From an uncultured cyanobacterium (GTDB taxonomy: Bacteria > Cyanobacteriota > Cyanobacteriia > Cyanobacteriales > Cyanobacteriaceae): 64,000 nucleotides of DNA. Position 1 is the first letter of the stretch. Every line of letters starts with the position of its first letter. Made by a program: the position numbers and the translations under genes. The notes under the pieces are model-generated. The model worked only from the letters and a program-made list of their open reading frames with translations. It did no database searches and was not told the origin of the DNA. This document shows positions 63,776-64,000 of the stretch, in pieces. Where the stretch lies: NCBI GenBank assembly GCA_963749915.1, contig CAVVOP010000005.1, positions 96,001-160,000 on the forward strand, written 5' to 3'.

Positions 63776-64000
63776 CAAAGGTGAAATAAGACTTTGGGGC
63801 GACACAACACCATCAGATCCCCCATGGTGATAGTAGGGCTGTTTCATTATAGAGAAAAAAGCTGTAAATTAAAGCTTTAGAAGTTGAAAATTATATATTT
63901 GCCCTTATGGCATGGCTCTAATAATTATGGATAGATGAACGAATTACAGAGCGACAATTACTCATTGAAGTAAATAGATATCCTTCTAATGCAGCACTGA

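Overview
AT-rich cyanobacterial chromosomal window (HIP1 GCGATCGC octamers, psb30, PAM68, cphB; probably a Chroococcales genome of the Geminocystis/Cyanobacterium type, by inference). It is mostly housekeeping: rplS-tRNA-Trp-secE-nusG-rplK-rplA, rpsB-tsf, rpsO, nusB, tRNA-Asp, argG, aroF, recF, pth, trmD, uppS, pdhA, cbiD, cobO, ppa, mgdA, phoX and cphB. Two accessory zones are present. One is a GC-shifted glycan-modification island at about 8.9-17.5 kb (GT8, GT2, a VanZ-LamG membrane fusion, rfbF, an SDR and two sugar C-methyltransferases). The other is an IS graveyard at about 56.2-58.8 kb carrying pdxH and a sulfotransferase fragment. Three conserved genes have decoding anomalies: ftn2/zipN has one in-frame TGA, pth is out of frame at an A10 tract, and a DUF1823 gene seems to start at ATA. 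These may be assembly errors or real recoding. Other points of interest are a WecB/TagA glycosyltransferase fused to MshEN-like repeats, an apparently circularly permuted LamG domain, and several small repeat families (GTAG-type REPs, GACAAG-rich MITE-like elements, and heptamer arrays capped by a shared 14-15 nt motif). No CRISPR array, rRNA or intact transposase was seen. All calls come from reading the sequence by eye, without database searches.
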